64,000 nt of DNA from Octopus vulgaris. Its lineage: Eukaryota. The position numbers and the translations under genes are program-made. The notes beneath the pieces were generated by a model. That model was not told the origin of the DNA and made no database searches. It saw only the letters and a list, made by a program, of their open reading frames with translations. Of this stretch, positions 24,151 to 37,898 are shown in pieces; within the stretch, counting starts at the first letter, position 1, and every line of letters begins with the position of its first letter. The stretch spans positions 79,422,001-79,486,000 of the forward strand of contig OX597820.1 of NCBI GenBank assembly GCA_951406725.2, in the 5' to 3' direction.

Positions 24151-26305
24151 AATGGAAAATAGTCTGTGAAGCATTTGTGTTTTTAACCTAAGTTGACTAA
24201 AAACACAAAGGCTTCTCAATCCATTTCCCATTTGTTCAAAATTCAAGTCTCCTCTATTGCTTTCTTAATGTTATTCCTTATATCTATCATATTTGTTCCT
24301 TTCATTGTCTGCCCATTTGGCTCTACTGGAATATTACCAATTGTGTTTGTTTTATCCCTTTTAATTGTTGTATCACTTTACAGAAGCATTTAGCAATGTA
24401 TTGTATTTAAATTACAATTTCTACCTTTCCCCTCTCGAATTTCATTTCATAATGGTTTTGTATAACGTCCTTTGTAAAAGCAAACAAACGGTAATATCTT
24501 AGACCAGTTCATTGGTAAAGGTTCGCTGTTGCAGATCTACTTTATTATGCACTACTATATTACTGTCAGAGTGTCTTCTTAAGCAGTACTTTGAACGAAT
24601 TATGATCATCAAATTCTTAAAGTAAATATAACTTCAGACAGTCTATCCAAGTAGCAAGCCCTCACTAGCAATCTTTTATCTATAATTTGTTCTCTCATCT
24701 CTGCCTTCTACCTATTATGTATTTGTTTTAATGGCTTTTTATCTGGCTTGAATAAAAGATCAAAAGTCATTCTATACCGGGTTTTTCTTTTTATTGCCTG
24801 TCTTGCTTTTTAGGTCTTGTGCTGAGCAATATTCATTTTCCTAAATATATCTTACTCTAGAACTCCTAGTACCTGATCCTACATTTTTCTAGAATCTTTT
24901 TCCTTAATCTCTATCCTCAATTTAATTAAACTCAAAATTAAGTACAATGGTCTACTGAAATAGCTTGGGTCTCAAGGGCCCATAGATGTTTAATATCTTA
25001 CCAAAAACTATGGAGTGGGAATAAATGTTTACATCTTGATCTTCTGCTATCTTGGATGTGGGACTGAACCTGGAATCATGAGATTGCAAAGCAAGCTTCT
25101 TAGGATTTTTGTTGAATTTTTGATACAAAATAAACTTTGAATATGAGGGAAGTTAAATATATTTGTATTCCATGCATTATTCTGATCCATTCTAATTAAC
25201 TTTCTATATTGTTATTAATGGAAATTTAAAAATGAACGAGAACATGTAATGGAGTGAATAAATAAGTCCATTGTCAAGAACTAAACGACCATTTTCTTGC
25301 TTCCTTTTATCTTAATTATTGCCATTTCATAAAAACAACAATTTGTAAACTAGATTTATTTCTTGTGTCCATCTTATGGAAAATTGCTTTTTAATTTGTC
25401 AAGCTGTTTTCATATAAATCACTTGAGGATGACGTTTTTGCTTGCTCGTTAGTTTGAAGTAATTTTGTCAAGTAGAAACTATGTAGCAGATTTATTTAAC
25501 CTTCAATGTATATTTGTATAAAATGCTCTTTTGTTATGTGGCTTTTCTTTCGATGCTTAATTCCTACATCTCTTTATTGTCTTATTTGATTTCTGTAATA
25601 ACATATACTTTTTAAGCCAATTATTGTTTTATCTTGTTAATTAATTTGTTTCTTGCTGCTTGTAAACGTTCTCATTCTGTAAAGCTTTTCAAAATAGTCA
25701 GAGGTAAGATAAATGAATGTTAGAATTTTTAAATTTTGAAAAAATTCTCATCTGTTTATTTTGTATTTCTTTTGATTCTCATTGCTGTATCAATAGATTT
25801 AGTTCTATTAATCAACAAGTCTCTGACAGTGAGTGTGTGTGGTTGGAAACATAACCTGTAACTCATTGCCACTAGTGTAAATGTCTATTTAAAGTCACAA
25901 GTTTGCAGATATTTTATTAATCTTATTTGGTTGTATTTCAATTTCACTCTGCTATTCATTATGTGTTGTCAAATTCTGAGACTCTGACATCTACTTCCTG
26001 TCGGCTGGACATCAGATACAACAACCAGACTAAAAATAAGAAATCAGAAAAGCACAAGTTCTCATTGAATTCCACATTTTAAAACTTTTTTCAAAGAATC
26101 TTATCTTTATACCATCATCATCATTGTTTAACATCCACTTTCCATGCTGGCATGGGTTGGATGGTTTAACTGAGGGCTGGCAAGCCAGAAGGCTGCACCA
26201 GGGCCAGTCAGGCAGTACTGGCATTGGCCATGCTCAAATGCTGCTTTTTACATGCCACTGGCACAGGAGCCAGTTAGGTGACACTGGCAACGACCATGCT
26301 CGAAT

Positions 26306-26363
26306 AGTGTTTTTAACCACTGGCACGGGTGCCAATTAGGCGGTACTGTCATCGGTGTGTGTG

Positions 26364-26405
<42 letters not shown>

Positions 26406-26582
26406 AGGATATGTTAACCTTGTGAAGGGATGGTTGCATCTAAGGTGTTTTTAGTGTTTTTAACCACTGGCACGGGTGCCAATTAGGCGGTACTGTCATC
26501 GGTGTGTGTGTGTGTGTGTGTGCATATATATATATATATAGGAGGATATGTTAACCTTGTGAAGGGATGGTTGCATCTAAGG
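26306..26582. repeat. Local tandem duplication (~135-bp unit, two copies) containing (TG)n(TA)n
   Basis: AGTGTTTTTAACCACTGGCACGGG...GGTTGCATCTAAGG occurs at 26306-26445 and 26453-26582. The copies differ only in microsatellite length. Confidence 0.9.
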
Positions 26583-26670
26583 AAATTCTGGTTCAATACC
26601 TAGTATTGTTGGGGAATGAAATTCCCTTAAAGCAATAAGTATATATTAAGCATATAGCTTATATTCAGTT

Positions 26671-26786
26671 GAAAGAAGAAAACAAAATGGAGATAAGGAA
26701 GCTAATAATTGTTTATTAATTATTTATTAACAAATTTGTTAATAATAAATGATTGTTAACTTCCTTATCTGCAGTTTCTTTTCTTC

Positions 26787-26790
<4 letters not shown>
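26671..26790. repeat. AT-rich inverted repeat (hairpin)
   Basis: AAAGAAGAAAACAAAATGGAGATAAGGAAGCTAATAA pairs with TTGTTAACTTCCTTATCTGCAGTTTCTTTTCTTCTTT; the centre is the perfect palindrome TTATTAACAAATTTGTTAATAA. Confidence 0.8.
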
Positions 26791-26822
<32 letters not shown>

Positions 26823-26826
<4 letters not shown>

Positions 26827-27120
26827 AGAATTCACCAAAATACAAAGGACGAAGACAGGTGGTGTAGACAATAAACAGATGTATTAGTTTAATGCTCGGG
26901 AAATGAAAAAGTCTTTAATGTTTCGAGCCTACGCTCTTCCACAGAAAGAAACAAGGAGAGAAAATAAAGAATGTGTGGTGGCTAGCGATCTATCATGGCA
27001 AATGCTGGTCAGAGGGGTCACACAGGAGAGCTAGGAAGAAGGGGTGATAATAAAGTATTGGTGATCTCAAAACGAAGATGCATGTGTGTGTGTGGAAGAG
27101 GGCTGGTGACCTTGACGTGT
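26823..27120 (-). mobile_element. Penelope-like terminal-repeat fragment with degenerate hammerhead motif
   Basis: Minus strand CTGTGGA-A-GAGC-GTAG-GCTC-GAAACATTA; flanked by (TA)n; similar layout to 62435-62646. Confidence 0.5.
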
Positions 27121-29424
27121 ATGTGTGTAAGATATATATATATATAAAATATATTTGCTGCTACAACAGGCAATGAAATATCTGCTATGTGGTCACTTGA
27201 CTTGCTGGAAATAATAGTGAAATTTCTCTCAGATAACACCCTGCAATCTTTTTCCAGAAAACTCCGATAGATTGCAGAGTGTAACCTGAAATAAGCTGTG
27301 TTGCAACCGGTAGGATGGCAAGAATTCGAATGCTTTCGGTCAGGGGTCTATTAGACCAAGTTTTAACCTGGGGTTAAACACTAACTACTACTTCTATAAC
27401 TGTTGTGCCATTTTCCATTAATGCACCGGTGCTGGTGTCACATAGAACGCATTGGTGCTGATGCTACGTAGAAAGCACGGGTGCTGGTGCCACATAAAAA
27501 GCACTGGTGCTGGTGCCATATAAAATAGCATCCAGTCCACTCTAAGTGGTTGGCATTAGGAAGGACATATCTAGCTGTAAAAAGCATACCAAAGCAGACA
27601 GTGGAACTTGGTGTGGGTCCTGGCAATGTCAGCTCTGTCAAACTGTGCAATCCATGCCAGCAAGGAAAAACAGATATTGAATGATGAGGATGATCGTTAT
27701 GTATGAAAGTTGGATAGCATTAAAATCCAAGCCACATAATAGTATTCTCCTTCATCCTTTTTGATATTATTCGAGTCCAGCATGAAGAATGTTAAGATGA
27801 CTGTTGACATTATCTATCCAATGTTTCTAAAAGAAGATATTTATGTATGTTGGCAACTATTTGAAATTGGGTTGAGGATGAATGAACGAGAAAAATGCAA
27901 AAACTAATGTGTTTGGACACGAACCAAAGGCATACAGATGGATCTGATTCTCATCTGGTTGTTCATCAATTTTCTTTCTCTTTATGCTTGAATGCTTATT
28001 ATATTGGCATTGTATGGCTAGCTAAGGAGTCTGTCATTCATTTCCTGTAACTGACATAATGATGTATCCACGGACAGGCTGTTTAGCTCTCAACAGCCCA
28101 GCCTAATTAGCTGTGTAAGGAGGTGAAGGGAGAGAAATAATGAGTGTGGGTGTAGGGTCGTTTATGTCCCTGTAACTTAGCAGTTTGTCAAGTTGGTGAT
28201 TGATAGAATAAGTACTGGGCTTGATTTGATCAACAACAAAAAAAAAGTACACAATGATTTTAAAAAGTCACACACACACACGCACACGTATATATATTTC
28301 ATGACTTCACTTCGGCATAGAGATGCTAATAACCAGTTGTTAGATAGTGCAAAGCATAATATCAATTAATGATTGACAAAAGAATAAATGTAACTTAACC
28401 ACTTTCATTTCTTTACAGTCATTTTTGTTATAAGAAGCTTTGTGCTCAGAAGCATTTAAATGAAGTATATGCCTATTGTGGAAAGCAATTAAATACATAG
28501 TACGTTTATCAATTTGTGTTGCAAGATTTCCTGATGTGAAATCGTTTGTTGAAACAGATATTGTTGTATTTTGGGATGGTCATTTTTTTTTGCCAAATAA
28601 ACACATACACTATATATTTGTTCTTCACTCATTTATTAGTGTTCTTATTTTAACTCCTGTCAATTGTCTGGAAATCTTTCGTCACACATCTGTGACCTGT
28701 TCAGCGACACTTTTCGTTTTCGTGTGTGCTCTTACCCCATTTACTCCATTCTATTCTTCTGTGTGTGTGTGTGTGTGTGTGTGTCACTCATTAATTGATA
28801 TATATACAATACAGAAATTGAATGGTATTTGATATTTTATAAAACATATGTGCATTTCAGCAATTTACTGCCAAGATTACATAACTGGCTGTTGAAATAT
28901 TATATAATCTTGTTAATTCACCTCTTCAGTGTTCAGTACTAGTTTGTATTCTACACACTAGCCTATCCTGTGGTTTGACATCCTTCCTTCGAACCACATT
29001 AGATACAGGAGTGGTGTGTGAAACCTACTTCTGGGCCTGAACTTTGGTGTGTCCAGCTGTATTGCCCTGTTCAATCTTTTTTCGCTTTTCTACTGTATTT
29101 CCAGCATTTTCTCATCTAGTTGCTTGTACTTAAGTTTGCCCAATGTACTCCTCATATTACTCTCACTGTCCTATTCGCTCAGTGTCTCACAGAACAATAT
29201 TTGAAACTCATTCTTTGCTCATGTGTTCTTTTCCACTAATTAACCAATGAATAATGAAACTAAACATAAACTTCACCCAGTTTTTAGTTTATTTAGTCTG
29301 ATGAGTTCCTATAACTTTGAGAGGCACCCCAATGCTCTCCTCAGATTATGAAAAAAAAGGAAAAAAATTTTAAAGCAATATTATTTGTTTCTATTTTTGT
29401 TCATGAAGTTCAGTTTCTTCATTT

Positions 29425-29780
29425 ATTCTTTTATTTGCTTGTCATTTGACTGTGCCCATGCTGGAGCACTACCTTTAGTTGAACAAATTCTTTGTAAGCC
29501 TAGTACTTATTCTGTTGGTCTCTTCTGCCAAACTGCTAAGTTATAGGGACGTGAACACATTGGTTGTCAAGCAATGGCGTGGGGGACAAACACAGATACA
29601 CACACACACACTCATGATGGGCTTCTTTCAGTTTCCATTTACCAAATCCATTCACAAGGCTTTGGTCAGCCTGAGACTATAGTAGAAGACATTTTCCGTA
29701 ATTGCCATGCAGTGGGACTGAACCTAGAACCTTGTGTTGGTAAGCAAGCTTCTTACCACCCAGTCACTCCTGCTCCTATA
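29425..29780 (-). mobile_element. SINE family A
   Basis: Reverse-complement head, body and tail motifs as in the other copies. Confidence 0.75.
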
Positions 29781-30672
29781 TATATATAAAAAAAAATAAA
29801 AGTTAATTGAAATTCCTGATTTTAGATTTCAGAGTTAAATAATGTTTTTTGCTGCTGCTGTATGTAAATAAACAACCACAAAGTTAAGAGTTTTAATTTG
29901 CTGATTAAAATTTCTCCCAACAGCTGTTGTTAGTCATAAATCATTTAAGTCTAGTATTGTATACATTATATCTAAGTATTGATTGCTGTTTTGCTTAATT
30001 AGATATTTTGTTGTATGGGCCAATTTGCTGTTTGCCCTTTTTGGTTTTTATCATTAGCCTTGAGAAACATTTCATAAAATACATTGTTATTATCATTATT
30101 AGACAGTTGATATCTGTTGCCCGGGCCATTAGTCCACCATAAAACTTATAATTAATGTTATCTGAATAATTTTGCTTTCTTATCATTTAATTTCATTCTC
30201 TTATCGTTCTGGGTTTGACTTTTTCTTGTTGCTCATGGGATAACTTGCTTTCTAATCTGATATTAGTTTCCAGGTTAAAATAATTGAATTTGTACCTCAC
30301 ATGAACCACTATCAAAGGTTTGTGTTTCTAAATCTTTTGTTGCATAATGAGGTTTTTTTACTGTGTTTTTCTCCTTTTTAAAAAAAAAAAATTTTTTTGT
30401 TTTTCTCATTTTGATCCGGAGTAAAGGGCTGTGCTCAGGGTCTTCACAGATCCGCTGAGACTGATAAGAACCTCATGGTTAATGTTCCTTTTCAATACAT
30501 AAAAGTTGATGAGTGCAGGAAAAAACATGGTGGGGGAAGGAATCCCAGAGGATTAACATTCTGTTAGGAAGAATTTTGCTTCATTCTCAATATATAATCT
30601 CAGGAGACATTCTTGAAATTTTTCTCTGAAATTATTCCAATAATTCTTACTGACATAATTATGAGTCCTTTT

Positions 30673-31020
30673 CATCATCACTATTATTTAACATCCGTTG
30701 TCCATGCTGGCATGGGTTGGATGGTTTGACCAGGGCTGGTAAGCTGGACGGCTGCACCAGACTCCAGTCTGATGTGCCATGGTTTTCTACAGCTGGATGC
30801 CCTTCCCAATGCCAACCACTCATATATGAATATATATATATATGGTATGTAAAAGCACCCACTACACTCTCGGAGTGGTTGGCGTTAGGAAGGGCATCCA
30901 GCTGTAGAAACTCTGCTAGATCAAGATTGGAGCCTGGTGCAGTCATCTGGTTCACCAGCCCTCAGTCAAAATCGTCCAACCCATGCTAGCATGGAAAGCG
31001 AACTTTAAACGATGATGATG
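30673..31020. repeat. Two family B copies in inverted orientation forming a fold-back
   Basis: 30673-30821 (-) and 30872-31020 (+) are reverse complementary, with a ~50-nt TA-rich spacer. Confidence 0.8.
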
Positions 31021-32989
31021 ATATATATGTATATATATATATATAATGTATGTATGTGTCTTTTTGTTTGTATTTCACCCTCCTCACTACTTAACAGGTG
31101 TTGGTTTGTTTACAGCCCTATAAGCTAGCAGCCTGGCAAAAGAGATCAATACAATAAGCAACGAAAAGTAAGCACTGAGGTCAATTTGGTCAACGAAACC
31201 TTTCAAGGTGGTGCCATAGCATGGCCACAGTCCAGTAACTGAACCTGGTAAAAGAGATAAAAAAAAAAGATAGACATGGTTCTCCATAAAACAACTAAAT
31301 GTAATTTCTGGACAGTTTTGCAGTTTAATTTCTTTTGGCCTATTTAATTGCCAAATTACAATAAAAAAAATGGAGCTTTCAGTCATTTATTTAGCACAGC
31401 AGATCACCAATGTTGAAGTATGAACTCATAACACTTCACTTAAAAGGTCAACCACTATCTTATATATCTGCATATGCACAACTGTTACTGTTGCATGTAA
31501 CTGCTTCCACAATTACTAAACCCAAAATGTTGACTCTAAGTTATTGATTGTTTTTTTTTCCCTCTTTCTTTTTAACTGACATTCTTTTAAACATACAAAT
31601 TGTAGTTTATTCTACTTTTAAATAAATAAAATAAAAATAATGTATTAAAAATTTTGCATCTGTTCATAGTTGGAAAGTAGTAAGCTCTATGATTTTCTCA
31701 TTGGCTGAATTGTGCAGGTATGTCCAAAATATTTGAAAGTATGTAATCCAATTGTATTAAAGGTGCAGTTATGTTTCAACTGTTATTTGCTTGAATTTAC
31801 TGTTAAAAGTAGGTTAACCTCTTAAACACTGTGTGTGTGTGTGGTTTAGGAGATAGAAAAGAAATGTATATAGATTTCTGGTATTCTCTTTAGATTCCTT
31901 ATATTGCAGCATAAATAAAATTGTGTTAACCACGTGGTTTCAGAGTCATTTCCACTGCACAACACTTTAGGCAAGGGTCTTCTACCATAGCCACTGAGTG
32001 ACGAATGCCTTGTGAGTGAATTTGCTGTATAGAAACTGTGTGGAAGCCCATCGTGTGTACACACACACACACACATGTATGTATGTGTTTGTGTGATTCT
32101 GTGTATGTTTGTGTGTGTGTGTGTGTGTGTGCTCTTGTTGCTGTACTTCGTTCCTTGACATCCAGTGTTGGTTTGTTTATGTCTTTGTAACTTAATCGTT
32201 CAGCAAATGCGATGATCACACATATTGTACACCTTCCTTCCAAGCACTGCTGTAAACAGTGGAAGTGAGCTAGAACATTAAAACATAGTGTGCATGCACA
32301 GCAAACTCCAAGGTCAGTCTGTGCCAAGTGGCTTCACTCTGTGTGCTTCAGCTTTGTTACTATGGCAACAGTCCAGATACTTATTGTTCAGACCTCATAT
32401 ATGTGTTTGTGTCCGTATATCTTTGCATTGGCATCACCTAGGTGGCAATGATATTCATCTATGTCCCAATAAATGCCATGTCCTACACCATAGCTTTGAG
32501 ATGTGTGAAGGGCATGTGGGATAAAGTACCTTACTTGAAAAAAATTCAAGGGCCGGCATCAGAGAAGACTGCCTTATGAAATCTCATCCATCTCATGCTA
32601 CATCGAAAAAGCAGATATAAAAACAAAGGTGCTGCTGCTGCTTGCCTTTGAATTATTATATCTCGTGTTTAAAGCTTGCATTGTGTGTATGTGTGTGAGA
32701 TAGAGAGAAGGTATTCGATAATCTATGCAGATAAGATAGTACTACAATTTATGTAAGAGTTGCAATGCTTTTGTAACAACTTGTTACAAGTCCAACACTG
32801 ATATTCCATCTGTTTGGAGATGGTTCTGTAAGATAATACATGTGTGTGTGTGTGTGCATACATAATATGCAAACAGTTTAAAATAGCATTAACTAATAAA
32901 TGCATTTATGTTAGTAAATGTCTGCTAGTATTGAAATATTTTTTCACTAATATCTTGTCTCAATCATTGCAGCCAAGCTGGTTTTAATC

Positions 32990-33293
32990 CACTGGTTTGC
33001 AACGAGGGTCCATGTGACTCTTACAGGTCATGTGGACCCTAGTGGACCCTTAGGGGGTTCACATAAAATTTTGTTGTTAAAATTTGTGTGCTTATAAATT
33101 GCATATAATTCTGCAAATCACAAAATATAAAATTTTTTTTATACAATTCTTAATAATATTTAATCATAAAATTACAGTAGTTTTTTTTTTGTTTCTTTTT
33201 TTTTTGTATACTTTGAATGGCTATGGGGGTCTACCTGAGTAAAATGGGTATCAAAGGGGTTCATAGATGAAAAATAAGGGTTGAGAACCATTG
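32990..33293. mobile_element. hAT MITE related to 722-1022 (opposite orientation)
   Basis: Ends CACTGGTTTGCAAC / GGTTGAGAACCATTG. Internal GAATGGCTATGGGGGTCTACC is the reverse complement of the 778-800 motif. Confidence 0.7.
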
Positions 33294-34199
33294 CTTTGGT
33301 CAACCTCAGCATAATTTTTTTTTCTTTGTGTGGTACTTATTCCATTGGTCTTTTTTGCCAAACTACTAAGTTGTAGGGATGTAAACAAACTAACACCAGT
33401 TGTTAAGCAGTGGTGTGGGACAAACACAAAGATATATACAAACACATACACTTTCATGCAGATATGTGTATATGTGTGTATGTGTGTATCTCCACTGTTT
33501 GACTGTGATAACCACTGTTGGTTTGTTTATGACCCCATAACTTAATGGAATGGTAAAAAGGACAGGTAAAATATGCCCCAAACTTTAAAAGTAAGTTCTG
33601 GGGTTGATCTGTTTGACTGAGACCCTTCAAGGGATGCTCCAGTATGGCTGCATTGGAATGACTTAAACAAGTAGATCAAAGTTAAAAGATATTGTTTTCT
33701 CTAAATTTTCAATTTCTAATGCTTTCTTTTCTTTAGCATAATGTTTTCTTCATTGACTAAGATGCCTTTTTCCCTTGGTTTAGCCATCTCTTCTCTTATT
33801 CACCTTATCCATATTAAGTTTCTCTTTTCCTATGCAATTCAGCCATTCTGCCCCCCCCCACCATTATGAAATATCTATTTACTTAGTCATTATTACCCAC
33901 TCATAGAATATTTGTCAGCATTAAATTTGAAGGTTTACTCACAGATCAGATATCTCCCTACTGTAATTATTGATAACTTGATCAAAATTGACATATCAAA
34001 GTGGAAACAAAGTTCAAATATTTAATTACTTTCACGACAAGTCCATATCCTATCTGTAGAGTCATACTTTGCTAGTTGCGTACATACAAACCTTTTTAAG
34101 TGCAGTAATTTTTAGTTGTCAGTTAAAATAATTAAAAAAAATTTTTTATTTTAATCCTTATTTTTCACTAATTTTTTAAACAAATTTATTGTCCTTCAT

Positions 34200-34570
34200 C
34201 GAGTGATGGCAATGATATCATGAGAGCATCCCATCTGTGAATCAAATTCCCTAATGGCTTGGCATAGATCCTTGTGGGTGAACTGGTTCAGTCAACCCTC
34301 AATGAACTGAACAGGTTGGCGGAGAGTCTCTGAGGTTGAATTTCTGCTTCTTGAAATGTGGAAATCATTTTTGTGCAGTTCTTTCTGTACTTTTTCTGAA
34401 CACAGCAGAAATGTCTCAAGCAATTTTGGCAACTCTTGAACCTTGATAGAAAGAAAGAGAGGCAGGTCTTGAAAATATTCATTCTTTTTATCTGGCACCC
34501 TATCATCATATGTTAGAAATGAGGTAAAATTTATTCAAGTTTCAAAACTGATAAGTGAAAGTTGTAGAAG
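34200..34570 (-). pseudogene. mariner transposase N-terminal (HTH) relic
   Basis: Frameshifted translation NEYFQDLPLF..QGSRVAKIA*DISAVF...ERTAQK*F.HFK...FNLRDSP...PVQF.EG*LNQ..H.D..QAIREF..QMGCSH resembles mariner N-termini (EHFRH.LLF.F.QG..AA.AARDIC.V.G....ERT...W...FK.G.F.L.D.PRSGRP). Confidence 0.7.
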
Positions 34571-34604
34571 CGAACTCCAAATATCCCCATAAAATGCTAT
34601 GCAT

Positions 34605-34920
34605 TTTTACTCTTTTATTTGTTTCAGTCATTTGACTGGTCATGCATTTGACTGGTCATGCATAATGTTTGTAAGCCGAGTATGTATTCTATTGTTCTCT
34701 TTTGCTGAACTGCTAAGTTACAGTGATGTAAACACTCCAGCATCGGTTGTCAAGCGATGGTGGTGGGGACAAACATACACACATGCATATATATATGTAT
34801 AATGGGCTTCTTTCAGTTTCCATCTTCCTAATCCGCTCACAAGGCTTTGGTTGGCCTGAGGCTATAGCAGAAGACACTTGCCCAAGGTGCCATGCAGTGG
34901 GACTGAACCCGGAACCATGT
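34605..34920 (-). mobile_element. SINE family A
   Basis: Tail TTTTATTTGTTTCAGTCATTTGACTG and reverse-complement head GGGACTGAACCCGGAACCATGTG. Confidence 0.75.
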
Positions 34921-35632
34921 GATAAAAATATTTTCGTGTTAATTCAAATAACATTGGGAAAAAAAACCGAATTTCTCTGACAACATGATGTTTCCTATAA
35001 TCTTGAACACCCAAACCATTAGACTCAGATGTGTTTCTTGCATGTAGTTGAATGAAATGCAGCTGTCTCTTTCCCAGCAAAAAAAAAAAAAAAATACTGC
35101 CTCAGGTGTGTATTTGAAGAAAATAGTGACAGTTATTGATTCATTGATTCCTTGTTATGGTGCTCACAAAATTGGTTAAACAGAAGAGCTGTGGTATGAG
35201 TGTCTTTCACGACACCAGCTTATAGGAATACATTAATTCAGCCACAACAAGCTGACAAAGCACTTAGCTATGCAGTGTTCCTGCTACTTGTAGCAATAAG
35301 CTATATCCACCACTCATGGTACCTCTTTACAGCTTGGTGAACAGAACCAACTAAAATGTAACTATTGATCACAGATGCAATGTAGGTGATACGATATGAA
35401 CCTCTGACTCTTCTTGTAGGTGATGCAGTGAGCACACATTGTGTAATTTATGAGAATTTGATAGCTTACCATGCTGGGTTTGTCCACATGTAAGTAAGGT
35501 CATGATAAAGTCAGTCATTCTGTGGTCCTGTTTCAATCAATATTATTCACTTAGCAAAGTAACTTAATATCAATGAAAATGTTCCAGAAATCTTACTCCT
35601 TGTATCAACCTGTTGTTTGGAATTATTACACA

Positions 35633-35810
35633 TGTAGCTGTGTGGTAAGTAACTTGCTTACCAACCACGTGGTCCCAGGTTCAGTCCCACTGCGTTGCAC
35701 CTTGGGCAAGTGTCTTCTACTATAACTTCAGGCTGACCAAAGACTTGTTAGTGGATTTGGCAGACAGAAACTGAAAGAAGCCCACCGTATATATATGTAT
35801 ATATACATAT
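35633..35810 (+). mobile_element. SINE family A 5' half (3' half resumes at ~36167-36380 after inserted repeats)
   Basis: Head GCTGTGTGGTAAGTAACTTGCTTACC...GGTTCAGTCCC. The central TA tract is followed by family B and other insertions. Confidence 0.7.
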
Positions 35811-37898
35811 ATGACCTCGTTGCCCCCGTGCCGCTGACACGTTAAAATGCTCGAACCGATCGTGACGATGCCGGACCCTCCGGCCCCTGTGCAGGTGGCA
35901 CGTAAAAAGCACCACCCGGTCAAACCGTCCAACCCGTGCTAGCGCGGAAAGCGGACGTTAAACGATGATGATGATGATGATGATGATGATATACTTTTAA
36001 TATAAGGATAAAATTTTATTAAATAATTTTTATCAGTGGCACATATGAAAAATACCTTTTAAGGTGAAAATTATACAATTATAAATAAGGGCAAAAAGAA
36101 AAAAATTTTCTTTGCCAATATACTGAAAAATAAATGCTAAATTGTCTAACCACATAAAATATTTTCACTTGTGTGTGTATGTGTGTTTGTCTCCCCACCC
36201 ATCATCGCTTGACAACCTGGGTTGGTGTGTTTACGTTCCTGTAACTTAGCGATCCGGCGAAAGAAACCGATAAAATAAATACTAGGCTTACAAAGAATAA
36301 GTCCTGGGAGGTCGATTTGCTCGACTAAAGGCAGTGCTCCAGCATGGCTGCAGTCAAATGACTGGAACAAATAAAAGAATAACTTCATATATGTAAAAAC
36401 CGCTACTGACCAACATACTTAGCTGTTTTTGTTCTTCATCTATATTCCAATTCTCAGCATGATTATGTTATTACTAATTCTTTGCAGGGGGTACCCCATT
36501 AGTGCATCACCAGGTGTCTACATTCCTTATTGTTTCCTCTGTATCACTTGCGTATCATTTGCTATTTCATCATTTATTGATCTGCTTGGGTTTACCTCTC
36601 CTCCAGCCACTCATTACTATTGTTGGTGATCTTTTATCTTTTGCTTGTTTCTGTCATCAGATTGTGGCCATGCTGGGTCACCATTTTGAAGAATTTTTAG
36701 TTGAATGAATTGACCCCAGTAGTTGTTTTTTTAAAAATTTTTAAGCCTGGTACATTATTGGTCTCTTTGCTGAACTGCTAAGTTACGGGGATGTAAAAAC
36801 ACCAACACTAGTTGTCACACAACAGGCTTCTTTCAGTTTCCACCTACCAAATCGACTTGCAAGGTTTTTGTGAGTCTGAAAAAATAAATCAAACAGTGTT
36901 TCAGCTCTGTGTGAATATGTGTGTATGTTAAAGAGGTAGGTATGTGAATGCGTGCGTGTGCGCACACAGCGTTTAGACAGAAAAATTGTTTTTTAACATA
37001 AGCATGCCCAAACAAGTCAAATGCTTACACAGAGCAGGTTTTACAGCCACCTCATCCAAACTGACCGGTTGAAACTGGGCTTAGCTGCTAGTTACTTATA
37101 CATTTGTATAAATCCTTATATGTATTTCTACACATCATTTTTCTAATTTAAAAAATTAGGATTTATTCTTAAGTTTTCCCCATACAATTTTCTGATTTCT
37201 AATGTATACTTTGTTTCATCTATTATCTCTGAATGAAGCCTTTCTACTTTTTTTTCCTTTGGTTCACAACATTTACATGTATGTTATATTGAGTAATTTT
37301 GCTTTCTCTTTTCTGTTGGGCATTGCTAATATTTCTCTAAATTCTACATAAAAGTACTAAATTATGTGTGGATGTATTTCAGTTCAGAATATGATGGAAT
37401 TTATTATGTAGACATTATTCAATCTAGAAATAATATCCTGAAATGTTTCAGTTATTTAAGTTCACTACGACAGCTGTTAAATAGATGCGAAGGGAAATTT
37501 TGTCCTTACAGCAAATCTTTTTGATGTTATTCTTCCAATATTTGCTTTTTTTTTTTTTTTTACAAATAATTTATATTATTTTATCTTATATATTTATTTA
37601 TTTTTTAATATCCAAGTTGATTGTTTCTAAGATCTTGGAATTTGTCTTGTGACTAAATTTTCTGAACATATATTCTCTTGATGTTCATGATATCATTTAC
37701 AAAATGTTATTGCTGTGGAAACACTATTGGACTTTTTTCTTTTTTTTTTTTTTTTGCTTAAAACTGTCTCCATTCCTATATCTTATCGTCATCATCATGA
37801 GTTTTCCTACCTATTATGAAACAAAAAGGCTTTTAGTGTGCTGTATGCCTGTGCAACCCAGTTCTGCTTCATCTTATGCAAAAGGATTTACACATTAT

